Below, one piece after another: positions 9,488 to 19,020 of a DNA stretch of 59,117 bases. Positions within the stretch are counted from its first letter, which is position 1, and every line of letters begins with the position of its first letter. The notes under the pieces were generated by a model, which was not told the DNA's origin, did no database searches, and worked only from the letters and a program-made list of their open reading frames with translations. The translations under genes and the position numbers were made by a program. Source of the stretch: Armatimonadota bacterium (GTDB lineage: Bacteria > Armatimonadota > Zipacnadia > Zipacnadales > UBA5352); contig JAYENL010000284.1 in NCBI GenBank assembly GCA_034722055.1, forward strand, positions 1 through 59,117. The letters are read 5' to 3'.

Positions 9488-9514
9488 TTTCGCTGCCTCT
9501 GCGGCGAATCCTGT
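9488..9514 (-). promoter_or_regulatory. sigma-H-like promoter
   Basis: ACAGGA-N17-GAAA immediately upstream of the membrane protein gene. Confidence 0.5.
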
Positions 9515-9570
9515 CCGGAGAGGACGCGCCGTCGTGAGGGGGCTGTGGAGTGCAACGAAGTCGGCCGTTC

Positions 9571-9864
9571 CGTGGCTGTCAACCGCCGGGCCGACTTCGC
9601 GCGCCTCTTGCCGGCGCGCTCAGGCGACCCCTCCTCTGCGTGTGCGTCGCCGTTCCGTGGCACGGACACTCCTGTCCGTGCGCCGTTTGCCGTCAGCTCA
9701 ACAGGCAACGGCGGGCGGGCAAGGAAGCCCCCGCCCTCCGTAGGGCATGACGGCAACGGATGACGACAACCGCGGGGCCGGGACGGACAGCGGCCCGCTT
9801 CGTGGCCGCCAACCGCCGGGCCGACTTCGCGCGCCTCTTGCCGGCGCGCTCAGGCGACCCCTCC
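9571..9864. repeat. 64-bp direct repeats (9571-9634, 9801-9864) flanking a REP-like doublet (9657-9739)
   Basis: CAACCGCCGGGCCGACTTCGCGCGCCTCTTGCCGGCGCGCTCAGGCGACCCCTCC occurs twice 230 bp apart; GTGGCACGGACACTCCTGTCCGTGC hairpin between them. Confidence 0.85.
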
Positions 9865-9889
9865 AACAGCCCGCAGTGGCCTGCGAGGC

Positions 9890-9919
9890 TTGCCAGCCGC
9901 TTGGGGGGCGGTGTATACT
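9890..9919 (+). promoter_or_regulatory. sigma-70-type promoter
   Basis: TTGCCA-N18-TATACT upstream of the L,D-transpeptidase operon. Confidence 0.6.
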
Positions 9920-9974
9920 TCCGCCGACGCTTGCAGCGTGGTTTGTGGCAGCAGAGGGAGCTCATGCGGCAGCG

Positions 9975-11009
9975 ATGAGGGCAGCAGCGGCCGGTGGCGG
10001 ACGGAGGCGCTCCCGGGAGGCCCTGCAGGTGATACTGGCCTTCGCAGGCCTGTTCTTCGTGCTCTCGGCGCTGAATGTGGCGCTGTATGAGCGGCTCATG
10101 GACGGCCGCGAGGCAGTCTCATCGGGGTCGATGGCCTGCGTGATCTCCGCGCCTCTGGCCGAGCGCGTGCAGGCCGGGCAGTTCGAGGAGGCCCGTGCCG
10201 CGCGGCGGGCCACCGCGCGGGCGGGCAGCGGCGAGCTGGCGGCGGCGCTGGCGCGCGTCAAGGCCCGCTTGGGCTCCATGACCGGCGGCGTGCGGGTTGA
10301 CGGCGTCTCCTACGCCGCCGTGGATGGAGTCGCCGACTTGGTGGGCGCTGAGCTGCATCAGGCCTCGGCGGGCGCCCCGGCGCGGCTGATCTGCCCTTGG
10401 GGCATCATTGAGTTCATCCCGTTCAGCCGCACGGTTCGCCGCAACTTCCAGCCGCGTGACATGCCCCACGTGTCGCGGGTCATCGACCAGTGCCTCTACG
10501 TGCCCGTGCGGGGCCTCAATGACGTCCTGCCGGTCTCAGCGCACTGGGATGAGGAGGCGCGCACGTGGCTGCTGTCCTGCGGGGATCGGAGCATGCGCGT
10601 GGCCTCGCCGGAGGACCTGTTCGAGATCGAGATCGACCGCTCCAGCCGGACTCTGGAGATCAGCTACGCCGGTGAGCGGCTGGTGCTGTGGTCATGCTGC
10701 GTGGGCGCGGGCGGCAACACACCCGTCGGCGAGTTCCGGATCCAGAACAGGGCCAGGTGGGCCCCGTGGCGGGCCTATTGGGGCGAGTACATCCCCGGCG
10801 GCAGCCCGCGCAATCCGCTGGGCGCCAGGTGGCTGGGGACGACCGCGCGCGGCCGGGCGACCGGGTGGGCGATTGGCATTCATGGCACCAACCAGCCCTC
10901 CTCGATCGGCCGCCGGATCTCCGGCGGCTGCGTCCGCCTGACCAACGCGCACGCCATCGAGATGTACGATATGATCCCCATCGGCACTCGAGTCGTCATC
11001 CACGAGTAG
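9975..11009 (+). CDS. L,D-transpeptidase (YkuD) with N-terminal TM and stalk-like domain
   Basis: TPVGEFRI, NPLGARWLG, IGIHGT..SIG...SGGCVRL catalytic His/Cys motif; start approximate. Confidence 0.88.
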   Translation: MRAAAAGGGRRRSREALQVILAFAGLFFVLSALNVALYERLMDGREAVSSGSMACVISAPLAERVQAGQFEEARAARRATARAGSGELAAALARVKARLGSMTGGVRVDGVSYAAVDGVADLVGAELHQASAGAPARLICPWGIIEFIPFSRTVRRNFQPRDMPHVSRVIDQCLYVPVRGLNDVLPVSAHWDEEARTWLLSCGDRSMRVASPEDLFEIEIDRSSRTLEISYAGERLVLWSCCVGAGGNTPVGEFRIQNRARWAPWRAYWGEYIPGGSPRNPLGARWLGTTARGRATGWAIGIHGTNQPSSIGRRISGGCVRLTNAHAIEMYDMIPIGTRVVIHE

Positions 11010-11103
11010 GCTACGTCGCCGGCATCAATGGCACTTCTGGATGGCGAGCCGCGAGCAGCGCCGGACAGCACACCTACGCGGGCCGCGCGATCAGGAGCAG
11101 CGT

Positions 11104-11487
11104 ATGATCCTGGGCATCGGCACCGATATCGTCTCCACCGAGCGGCTGGATCGCATGGTGGAGCTGTATGGCGACCGCTTCCTGCGGCGGGTGTTCACCC
11201 CGCGCGAGGTGCAGACCGCTGAGCTGCGGGCCACGCTCGCCGAGCGCCTGGGCACGCGCTTCGCGGCCAAAGAGGCCACCATGAAGGCGCTGGGTACCGG
11301 CTGGCGGGGCGGAGTGCACTTCACACAGATCGAGGTGCGCAAGCACCCCACGGGCATGCCGGAGATCGTGCTCAGTGGCGCGGCCCGGGAGCGCGCCGAG
11401 GAGCTGGGCGTGAGGCGTATCCACGTCTCGCTCTCACACGAGAGCGATAAGGCCATGGCTGTGGTGATCCTCGAGGGCGAGGACTGA
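11104..11487 (+). CDS. acpS: holo-[acyl-carrier-protein] synthase
   Basis: MILGIGTDIV, RFAAKEA.MKALGTG, HVSLSHE; AGGAG RBS. Confidence 0.95.
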   Translation: MILGIGTDIVSTERLDRMVELYGDRFLRRVFTPREVQTAELRATLAERLGTRFAAKEATMKALGTGWRGGVHFTQIEVRKHPTGMPEIVLSGAARERAEELGVRRIHVSLSHESDKAMAVVILEGED

Positions 11488-11502
11488 CGGCGCGGGCATC
11501 CC

Positions 11503-12579
11503 ATGCGACTTCTCGACCGCTATCTGCTCAGACAGGTCGCGCTGCCCTTCGCGGTCGGCCTCCTCCTGTTCGTGCTCATCCTGCTGGCAGAGGTCGCCTA
11601 CCACATCAGCTCCACCATCGTCGGCGGGCGCGTGGCGCCGTCGCTGATCATCCGGTACCTGCTGCTGCGCACGCCCCGGGCGGTCGTCTGGTCGCTGCCC
11701 TTTGGGGCCCTGCTGGGCGTCTCCATGTGCATCACCACGCTCTCGCACTACGGCGAGGTCACCGCCATTCGCGCCGCTGGCGTGGCCTTCCAGCGCATCT
11801 GCGCCGGCCTGGTGGTTGTGGGACTGATCGCCAGCGGCGCGGGGATCGCCCTCAACCAGTACGTCGTCCCGGACACGATGGAGGCCGCCCAGCGGACGTT
11901 GTCGGAGATGATGATGACCCAGCCGGTGGTGCGGGAGGCCCACAATCAGTACTTTCGCGACGAGCAGGGGCGGATCTTCTTCGTCCGTGACATGCTCCCG
12001 GCACGGAACCTGCTGCGGCAGGTCGTCATCTGGCAGCGCGATGCCCGCGGCCGCATCCGGTCGATCACCACCGCCGACTCCGCCGAGCTTCAGGGCACGC
12101 AGTGGACGCTCCGCGACGTTGCCACCGTGCGGCTCAACGACCGTGCCGAGGTCGTTGGGCCGATACAGCACTCCGAGGAGCGCACCATCAAGCTCACCCG
12201 CGCCCTGCAGCAGTACTATGCCGAGCGCCGCTCGGCCGCTGAGCTGGCTCCGCATGAGCTGCGCGAGCTCATCGCGGTCAGGGAGCAGACCGGCTCGGAC
12301 ACCCAGCAGCTCCAGGTCTACCTGCATTTCAAGTACTCCATCCCCGTCGCGTGTGTGGTGTTCGCGATGATCGCCGCTCCGCTGGGACACCGCTACGCCC
12401 GGCACGGGACCTACGTAGGGGTGGTGGTCGCCATCCTGGTGGTCTTCCTCTACAATGGGGTGCGCTCCTGGACACTGGCCTTCGGACTGGCCGGCGCGCT
12501 GCCGCCGGCGGTCGCCGGGTGGATGCCGGACGCCATCTTCGGCCTGGTGGGCGCGGTATTGCTGCTGCGCGAGGGTTAG
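11503..12579 (+). CDS. LptF/LptG family LPS export permease
   Basis: MRLLDRYLL, GEVTAIRAAGV, periplasmic beta-jellyroll region, C-terminal TMs ending PAVAGWMPD. Confidence 0.9.
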   Translation: MRLLDRYLLRQVALPFAVGLLLFVLILLAEVAYHISSTIVGGRVAPSLIIRYLLLRTPRAVVWSLPFGALLGVSMCITTLSHYGEVTAIRAAGVAFQRICAGLVVVGLIASGAGIALNQYVVPDTMEAAQRTLSEMMMTQPVVREAHNQYFRDEQGRIFFVRDMLPARNLLRQVVIWQRDARGRIRSITTADSAELQGTQWTLRDVATVRLNDRAEVVGPIQHSEERTIKLTRALQQYYAERRSAAELAPHELRELIAVREQTGSDTQQLQVYLHFKYSIPVACVVFAMIAAPLGHRYARHGTYVGVVVAILVVFLYNGVRSWTLAFGLAGALPPAVAGWMPDAIFGLVGAVLLLREG

Positions 12580-12580
12580 G

Positions 12581-13385
12581 TACGGCAGAGCACGGCAGCG
12601 AACGGCAGATAACGGCAGATAACGACAGATAACGTCAGATAACGTCAGATAACGTCAGATAAGGCAGAGAGGGCAGGCACCAGCTCGCGTGTGCCACCGC
12701 GTAGGTCGGGCTTCCAGCCCGACACGCTGAGACGGCAGGCACCGGCTCCCGTGTGCCACCGCGTAGGTCGGGCTTCCGGAGACCTCCAGTCTCACGGAGA
12801 CCTGCGGTCTCAACACGCTGTGCATCAAGGTTGGCGCGCAACGACGTCAACGACCGGGCGGGAACGGAGGCTCGCCCCTCCTGGAGACCTTCGGTCTCAT
12901 GGACAACGACGCCGTCCTCCCTCCTATTCGGAACGGAGAGGGGGATGCCCGACATTGTCGGGCAGGGGGGTGAGGCCCATAGCGCCAGATAACATCAGAT
13001 AACCTCAGACAACGTCAGACAACGACAGATAAGGCAGAGACGGCAGGCACCAGCTCCCGTGTGCCACCGCGTAGGTCGGGCTTCCGGAGACCTCCGGTCT
13101 CACGGAGACCTGCGGTCTCAACACGCTGTGCATCAAAGGTTGGCGCGCAACGACGTCAACGACCGGGCGGGAACGGAGGCCCGCCCCTCCTGGAGACCTT
13201 CGGTCTCATGGACAACGACGCCGTCCTCCCCCCTCGATTCGGAACGGAGAGGGGGATGCCCGACATTGTCGGGCAGGGGGGTGAGGCCCATAGCGCCAGA
13301 TAACGGCAGAGAACGACAGAGAACGGCAGACAACGATCGATAACGGCAGGGAACGACAGACGGCGGCAGAGACGGCGACGACGGA
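12581..13385. repeat. composite repeat: three arrays of 10-bp units (AACGNCAGAT) separated by an ~265-bp duplicated module
   Basis: Arrays at ~12581-12670, ~12981-13040, ~13292-13385; module 12729-12993 repeated almost identically at 13037-13304; REP GTAGGTCGGGCTTCCAGCCCGAC at 12701-12723. Confidence 0.9.
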
Positions 13386-13429
13386 AGGCATTGGTCGCTG
13401 GCCGACGAGCAGGGGAGCCTCGCTCGCGA

Positions 13430-14287
13430 ATGCATGTCACCATCTCCGCCGGTGAGCTGACCGCGGTCATCGGCGACAACAGGGCCTACGAGGGGCAGCG
13501 CGCCGGCTACAACGGCGTGCACGCGCTGACCAGCGTTCACTGTCCCGACAGCCTCTTCGTGCCGGGCATCGCCGGGATCAACCTCGAGCACCTCTTCGAC
13601 GGCCGGGACATGTCCGAGCCGGAGCAGTTCTTCGAGCCCAGGCGGCAGCTCATGGAGGTCGAGAAGCTCGATCAGCAGTGCGCCATCGTGCACCAGTCCG
13701 CCACGCCCACGCTCGGCGTGCAGTCCATGGCCACCTTCGCGGTGAGGCTGCCGCACTACCTGGACATCGAGCTGCGCATCGCCCTCCGGGAGCCGTCGCT
13801 GACCTACGACTACCTGCTGGCCTTCTGGGCCAGCTACATCCACCAGCCGGAGCACCCCGGCATGCACTTCCTCGGCCGGCCGCGCACCGAGCCGGTGGGC
13901 GAGGCCTGGCAGACCCTGTGCTCGCCGGAACATAACGTGGGCAGCACCGTCTGCAGCATTGACACCGAACCGGAGCTGCCGCACCGAATGTCGCGGGAGA
14001 CGCTGGCCTACAGCTACTCGGAGCTGGCCTGGATGCGCCCGTTCTTCTACGGCCGGCGCCGGAATATGGTCTTTGCGCTGATGTTCGAGGACGGCCATGA
14101 CGTGCGCCTCACGCACTCGCCGACCGGTGGCGGGAACGGCAATCCCGCCTGGGACTTCCAGTGGGTGCTGCACGAGCCGGAGGTGGACGTGGAGTACCTG
14201 CTGCGAGCCCGCGCCGTCTACCGGCCGTGGGTCAGCGAGGACGACGTGTGGCGGGAGTACCAGTCCTGGGATCCGCTGCTGAGCTGA
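13430..14287 (+). CDS. hypothetical protein, possibly mutarotase-like beta-sandwich
   Basis: Coherent high-GC3 ORF; HSPTGGG..NPAWDFQW motif; upstream of an aldolase. Confidence 0.6.
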   Translation: MHVTISAGELTAVIGDNRAYEGQRAGYNGVHALTSVHCPDSLFVPGIAGINLEHLFDGRDMSEPEQFFEPRRQLMEVEKLDQQCAIVHQSATPTLGVQSMATFAVRLPHYLDIELRIALREPSLTYDYLLAFWASYIHQPEHPGMHFLGRPRTEPVGEAWQTLCSPEHNVGSTVCSIDTEPELPHRMSRETLAYSYSELAWMRPFFYGRRRNMVFALMFEDGHDVRLTHSPTGGGNGNPAWDFQWVLHEPEVDVEYLLRARAVYRPWVSEDDVWREYQSWDPLLS

Positions 14288-14321
14288 GGGCGGCAGAGGC
14301 CGTCCTCCGGGAGGGAGATCC

Positions 14322-15134
14322 ATGGAGGGCCACTGGATCAGACTCAATCGACTCTTCTCGGATGGGAAGCGCGCCGTGGTGGTCGCCGCCGATCACGGCT
14401 TTTTCATCGGCCCCACGCCGGGCGCCATCGACCTGCCGGGGGCGGTGGAGGCCTGGGGCGAGGCCGACGGTATCCTGCTCTCCCCGGGGATGCTGCAGTC
14501 CTGCGGCCACGCCTTCAGCTACCGCGGCGCGCCCTCGGCGGTGGTGCGGCTCGACTGGAGCACGGTCTTCGGCAGCCGCTGGGGCTTCACCGGCGCGCAC
14601 CCCACGCGCGTGCTCGAGCCCGCCACCGCCCTGGCCATGGGCGCGGACATCGGCATTGCGAGCTTCACCTTCACCATGGAGCAGGAGCTGGTTGACCGCG
14701 ACAACATCGAGCACTTCGCGCAACTGGTGGACGCCGGCCGGGAGTGCGGGCTGCCGCTGATCGGCGAGCTGTTCCCGGTGGCGCCCAACGAGCTGACCGC
14801 GGAGGAGCTGTTCCGGCAGGTGCACACCGGCTGCCGCATCCTGGCGGAGCTGGGAGCGGACATCATCAAGACCTACTTCACCGGCGAGCGCTTCGCGGAG
14901 ACCGTGGAGGCCACGCCGGTGCCGATCCTGTGCCTGGGCGCTGAGAAGCTGCCCAACGAGATCGACGCTCTGGAGCTGGCGCAGCGCGCCATCCGGGCCG
15001 GCGCGCGCGGCGTCGTCTTCGGCCGCAACGTTATCCAGTCGGAGGACCCGGCAGCCATGCTCTCGGCCCTCCGCGCAGTCGTGAAGGACGACGCCGACCC
15101 CACCGACGCCGCATCGGAGGCGGGGCTGCTGTAG
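14322..15134 (+). CDS. class I aldolase, DhnA/LsrF family
   Basis: RLNRLF...AVVVAADHG, AELGADIIKTY Schiff-base lysine, GVVFGRNVIQ. Confidence 0.88.
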   Translation: MEGHWIRLNRLFSDGKRAVVVAADHGFFIGPTPGAIDLPGAVEAWGEADGILLSPGMLQSCGHAFSYRGAPSAVVRLDWSTVFGSRWGFTGAHPTRVLEPATALAMGADIGIASFTFTMEQELVDRDNIEHFAQLVDAGRECGLPLIGELFPVAPNELTAEELFRQVHTGCRILAELGADIIKTYFTGERFAETVEATPVPILCLGAEKLPNEIDALELAQRAIRAGARGVVFGRNVIQSEDPAAMLSALRAVVKDDADPTDAASEAGLL

Positions 15135-15251
15135 CCATCAGCTCCTGAGCGGTGCGCGCGATGGCGGGCGGGACGCGACTGGCGGGGAAACATGGCGCGC
15201 GGGGCGCTGTCGAAGAACCCGAATGCTGCACTTCCCCGAGGGGGAGAGACC

Positions 15252-17543
15252 ATGGAATGCACGAGGCTGCGACTGGCGCTTGTGGTGTGGACAGTGCTGA
15301 TGGCCGTGGCGGTCGGCGCCGAGACACTGACCATCAGCGGAACGGTCGTTACACCCGACGGGCAGCCGGCGGCCGGCGCAACGGTCTTCACGAACTGGTA
15401 CTTCGTGGCAGAGCCGCGGAAGTACGACCTCGTCCAGGCTGAGACTGCCGCCGGGGCCGATGGGGCATTTGAGCTGACGCTGGAGGGTGAGGGGGAGCCG
15501 ATCGAGCGCTGGGCTGTGGGCGCCATGATGGACGGCTACGGCCTGGGCTGGGCGGTCGTCGAGCGCCCGGAGACCGAGGGCGTGGTCATCCGTTTGCATG
15601 AGCCCGCCACGGTCGCGGGCCGGGTGATCGATTCGGACGGGGAGCCCGTCGAGGGCGCCCAGGTGACGGTGCAGGAGATCAGCGCCGCCGGGGATCGCCG
15701 GGACTCGATCCACCCCTCGCTGACGCTCCAGCAAACGACCGGTCCGGATGGCCGATTCGAGTTCCCCGGCATGCCGGAGGACACCCTCGTGCGCATGTCG
15801 GCGGGCGCCTCCGGCTACGCTCTGCACTTCGGGTCGGAGGAACCCGTGGCGACAATGGGGGATGTCGAGATCACCCTCATGCGCGGCGGGGTCATCACGG
15901 GCCGGGTGACCCGCGACGGCGAGCCCGTGCCGGAGGTGCGCGTCTGGTCGCGGCGCGAGCAGCAGCCCTACGAGCGGAGCGTGGCCGCCACCGACGAGCA
16001 GGGGACCTTCGCCCTGGACCAGATGAAGGCCGGCGTGCACACGGTCTACGTCGATGCGCCCGAGGGGTGGACGGCGGCGCCGATCGAGCACGTGGCGGCG
16101 AACGCCGGCGAGCCGGTCGAGCTCCCGGACATCGAGCTGATCCGCGGCGGGGTCGTCAGCGGCCTGGTCAGCGACGGGGAGACCGGGGAGCCGGTGACGA
16201 AGGTCACCATCACGGCCTACGCCTCCGAGGATGATTTCCCCTTCGCGGGGTTCTGGACGGCCCACGCCGACGCGGAAGGGCACTACGAGCTGCGGCTGCC
16301 GCCGGGCCGCTACTGGCTGCACGCTGACGGGCGGGGCGCGGGCTATCAGTACCGCGGCGAGGAGCCGTGGCTGCACGAGGTGCAGGTCGCTGAGGGCGAG
16401 AGCGCGGAGCTGAACATCCCCCTGACCCCCATGGCGCGACTGACGGGAACGGTGGTGGATGCGGAGGGCGCGCCGGTCGAGGGGGCGCTGATCATGGCGT
16501 CCGAGGGCGTGTCCGGGGATGTGCGTACCGATGCGGAGGGGCGCTTCCGGCTCTCGGGGGAGGGCGAGGACGTGACGGCGCTGTTGGCGATCAGCGAAGA
16601 GCGTGGACTGGTTGGGCGCGCGGTCGTGCGGGAGTCGTCCGACCAGCCGCGTATCACGCTGGAGCCGGGCGCCTGGGCGACGCTGACGATGGTGGACCCC
16701 GCCCGCCAGCCTATCGAGGGCCAGCACGTGTCCTGCTCTTATACGGTCTGGGATGCGGAGCGAACGTACGGCCGGACGGTCTATGCACCGAGGCAGCACA
16801 CTGACGATGACGGGCGAGTGCGGCTGGGGCCGCTGCCTGGTGGCGTGGAGCTGGAGCTGTGGTGCTACGACGCCCAGCCTTTCATCGTTGAGAATGACTG
16901 GAGCGAGGCCATCACGCTACAGCCGGGCGAGGAGCGCGATGTGGGCCGGGTGGTCGTGGATCGCTCCGGGGCGACCATCGCCGGGCGCGTCCTGGACATC
17001 GACGGCGAGCCCGTCGAGGGAGCTCTGGTGATCGACATGGTCAGCGGCCAGGAGACGCGCTCGAACGAGCACGGGCGCTTCGCGCTGACCGGCCTGCCGT
17101 TCAGCCGTCATGGCGCGCCGACACCCGACTATCGCGCCTTCCTTGTGGCCGGCCTGCTAGGGGAGGATCTGTGCGCGGCGCTCCCGGACTTCGACGTCTC
17201 GTGGGAGTTCGATGCGCAGGTCACACTCGAACCGCTGGGTTCAGTGACGGGCCGGCTGGTGCAGGCGGATGGTACTCCGGTGGGGAACGTCCGTGTTGAC
17301 CTCTGGCCGCTGTACTCCGGCCGCACGCCGAGGGCCGACGCCGGGCGGTTCGGCAAGGCCCGGCTGTTCCCCGACACGCTGACCGGCGATGACGGTGGCT
17401 TCCGGTTCGACGGCCTCATCCCCGGAGTGAGGTACACGATTCTCGTGAGGGACGACGAAGGCGGACGGAGGAGCACCGCCGACGAGATCGTCCCGGACCC
17501 GGGGAAGACCATCGACCTCGGCGAAATCAGGCCGAGGCAGTAG
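15252..17543 (+). CDS. secreted protein with repeated carboxypeptidase-regulatory-like (Ig/transthyretin-like) domains
   Basis: Signal peptide; repeats of GxVxDxDGxPVEGA..TDxxGRF. Confidence 0.8.
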   Translation: MECTRLRLALVVWTVLMAVAVGAETLTISGTVVTPDGQPAAGATVFTNWYFVAEPRKYDLVQAETAAGADGAFELTLEGEGEPIERWAVGAMMDGYGLGWAVVERPETEGVVIRLHEPATVAGRVIDSDGEPVEGAQVTVQEISAAGDRRDSIHPSLTLQQTTGPDGRFEFPGMPEDTLVRMSAGASGYALHFGSEEPVATMGDVEITLMRGGVITGRVTRDGEPVPEVRVWSRREQQPYERSVAATDEQGTFALDQMKAGVHTVYVDAPEGWTAAPIEHVAANAGEPVELPDIELIRGGVVSGLVSDGETGEPVTKVTITAYASEDDFPFAGFWTAHADAEGHYELRLPPGRYWLHADGRGAGYQYRGEEPWLHEVQVAEGESAELNIPLTPMARLTGTVVDAEGAPVEGALIMASEGVSGDVRTDAEGRFRLSGEGEDVTALLAISEERGLVGRAVVRESSDQPRITLEPGAWATLTMVDPARQPIEGQHVSCSYTVWDAERTYGRTVYAPRQHTDDDGRVRLGPLPGGVELELWCYDAQPFIVENDWSEAITLQPGEERDVGRVVVDRSGATIAGRVLDIDGEPVEGALVIDMVSGQETRSNEHGRFALTGLPFSRHGAPTPDYRAFLVAGLLGEDLCAALPDFDVSWEFDAQVTLEPLGSVTGRLVQADGTPVGNVRVDLWPLYSGRTPRADAGRFGKARLFPDTLTGDDGGFRFDGLIPGVRYTILVRDDEGGRRSTADEIVPDPGKTIDLGEIRPRQ

Positions 17544-17578
17544 GTGCGAGCAGGCCACTCCGCAGGACAGGTGACACA

Positions 17579-18985
17579 GTGACACGCAGAGTCATCAAGA
17601 CCACGATCGCCGCGCTCATGATTGCAGTGGTGGCGAACCCCGAGCCCACGCCGGGCCTCTCGCACCTGGAGGCTCGCATGGCGGCCGACGATATTTCGCA
17701 CCTCAGCGCACACCGCCCCGGCCTGCCTCCCGAGGCCCTGCTGGTGCCGCTGGGCAACGGCCTGGATGGGGTCATCAAGGGCCTCGCGCCGGCCCTGGAA
17801 GCGCGGCTGGTGGACGCGCTGGCACGCGAGCGCCTGACGCAGATAGTCCTGCGCGTGGCCGCCGCGCGCGCCGCCGGACGAAGCATGGCGCTGATCAAGC
17901 TGCAGGCCGGCAGCCGTGGGGGCAGCTTCTCCGTCGCGGACCTGCGCGCCGACGCCGCTGCCTGCCTCCGTGCGGCCTTCACGCCGGAGCTGGGGCTGGA
18001 TCACGTCGATCTCTGGGCGGTGGTGCCCGGCGCGGGAACTATCGGCCAGCAGCAGGAGCACCGTCCGGTGTTCTCGGTGTCGCTCTCTCGGGAGGAGTAC
18101 ACCCGCGCGGTGACCCATGCCGGCGGCGACGGTCCGGAGGTGCTGGAGGCGGTTGGCGCGCTGCGCTACAGCCCCCTTTTCGTCCGCTACGCCACGGATG
18201 CCTCGCTGCTGGAGGCGCTGCCGGCCACCGTGTTCGTGGAGCCGTCGCTTGAGGAGAGTTGGGATGCGCTGCTGTCGGAGGCGTACGGCTCGCACGTGCA
18301 GGCGCAGATGGCCCGCCAGGACCGGGTGGAGGCGATCTTCAGTGGGCGCCGCGGCCAGCGCTATGTGGCGCTGACCATCGACGACGGCCCGCACCCGCTG
18401 ATCACCCCGCTGATGCTGGATATCCTGCGGCGGAGGGGCGTGCGAGCCACCTTCTTCGTGGTGGGGCAGAAGGTGGAGCAGTTCCCAGCGCTGGCGCTGA
18501 TGACGCTGGAGGCCGGGCACGAGCTGGCGAACCACGCCTACTCGAACCGTCGCATGAGCGACCTGTCGGGCGAGGAGGCGTGGGCGGAGATCGCGGCCTG
18601 CGACCGTGCGGTGGAGCGGGTCACCGGGGAGCGTATGCGCTGGTTCCGGCCGCCGGGCGGGCGCTGCTCGCCGGCGGGTCTGCGAGCGGTGGCGTCGCTG
18701 GGCCATGCCGCGGCGTTCTGGTCCCGGAACACCGGCGACTGGCGCAAGCCGCCGGCGAGGCTCATCGTGCGCAACGCCACCCAGGAGCTGCAGGCGGGCG
18801 ACATCATCCTCATGCACCAGGGCGACATCTGCTCGGTGGAGGCCCTGCCGGAGATCATCGACCGCATCCGCGCCATGGGCCTGGAGCCCACCACGCTCTC
18901 CGAGCTGGAACAGAATGGTGGGACCGTCCGCGACGCTCCGCTGCGCGTCAGCTCCATGGTCAACGGCCAGCTCGGACCAGAGTAA
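17579..18985 (+). CDS. polysaccharide deacetylase (CE4/NodB) with unknown N-terminal domain
   Basis: ALTIDDGP, ATFFVVG, NHAYSN, FRPPGG, IILMH. Confidence 0.88.
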   Translation: MTRRVIKTTIAALMIAVVANPEPTPGLSHLEARMAADDISHLSAHRPGLPPEALLVPLGNGLDGVIKGLAPALEARLVDALARERLTQIVLRVAAARAAGRSMALIKLQAGSRGGSFSVADLRADAAACLRAAFTPELGLDHVDLWAVVPGAGTIGQQQEHRPVFSVSLSREEYTRAVTHAGGDGPEVLEAVGALRYSPLFVRYATDASLLEALPATVFVEPSLEESWDALLSEAYGSHVQAQMARQDRVEAIFSGRRGQRYVALTIDDGPHPLITPLMLDILRRRGVRATFFVVGQKVEQFPALALMTLEAGHELANHAYSNRRMSDLSGEEAWAEIAACDRAVERVTGERMRWFRPPGGRCSPAGLRAVASLGHAAAFWSRNTGDWRKPPARLIVRNATQELQAGDIILMHQGDICSVEALPEIIDRIRAMGLEPTTLSELEQNGGTVRDAPLRVSSMVNGQLGPE

Positions 18986-19020
18986 CAGCAGAAGCCCCAG
19001 CGCGGGCGCAGCGACAAGGC

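Noticed and set aside
12581..13385. Possible CRISPR array
   Set aside because: Intervening sequences are duplicated rather than unique spacers, unit lengths do not fit, and there are no cas genes
12635..13479. Short ORFs inside the repeat complex (e.g. 12753-12992, 13061-13303)
   Set aside because: No RBS, no recognisable domain, and the two copies are frameshifted relative to each other
15181..15224. Sigma-H-like promoter for the 15252 gene (similar weak candidates upstream of 13430, 28592, 30887)
   Set aside because: The -35 AGG element or the spacing does not fit N17/18, so these were not counted
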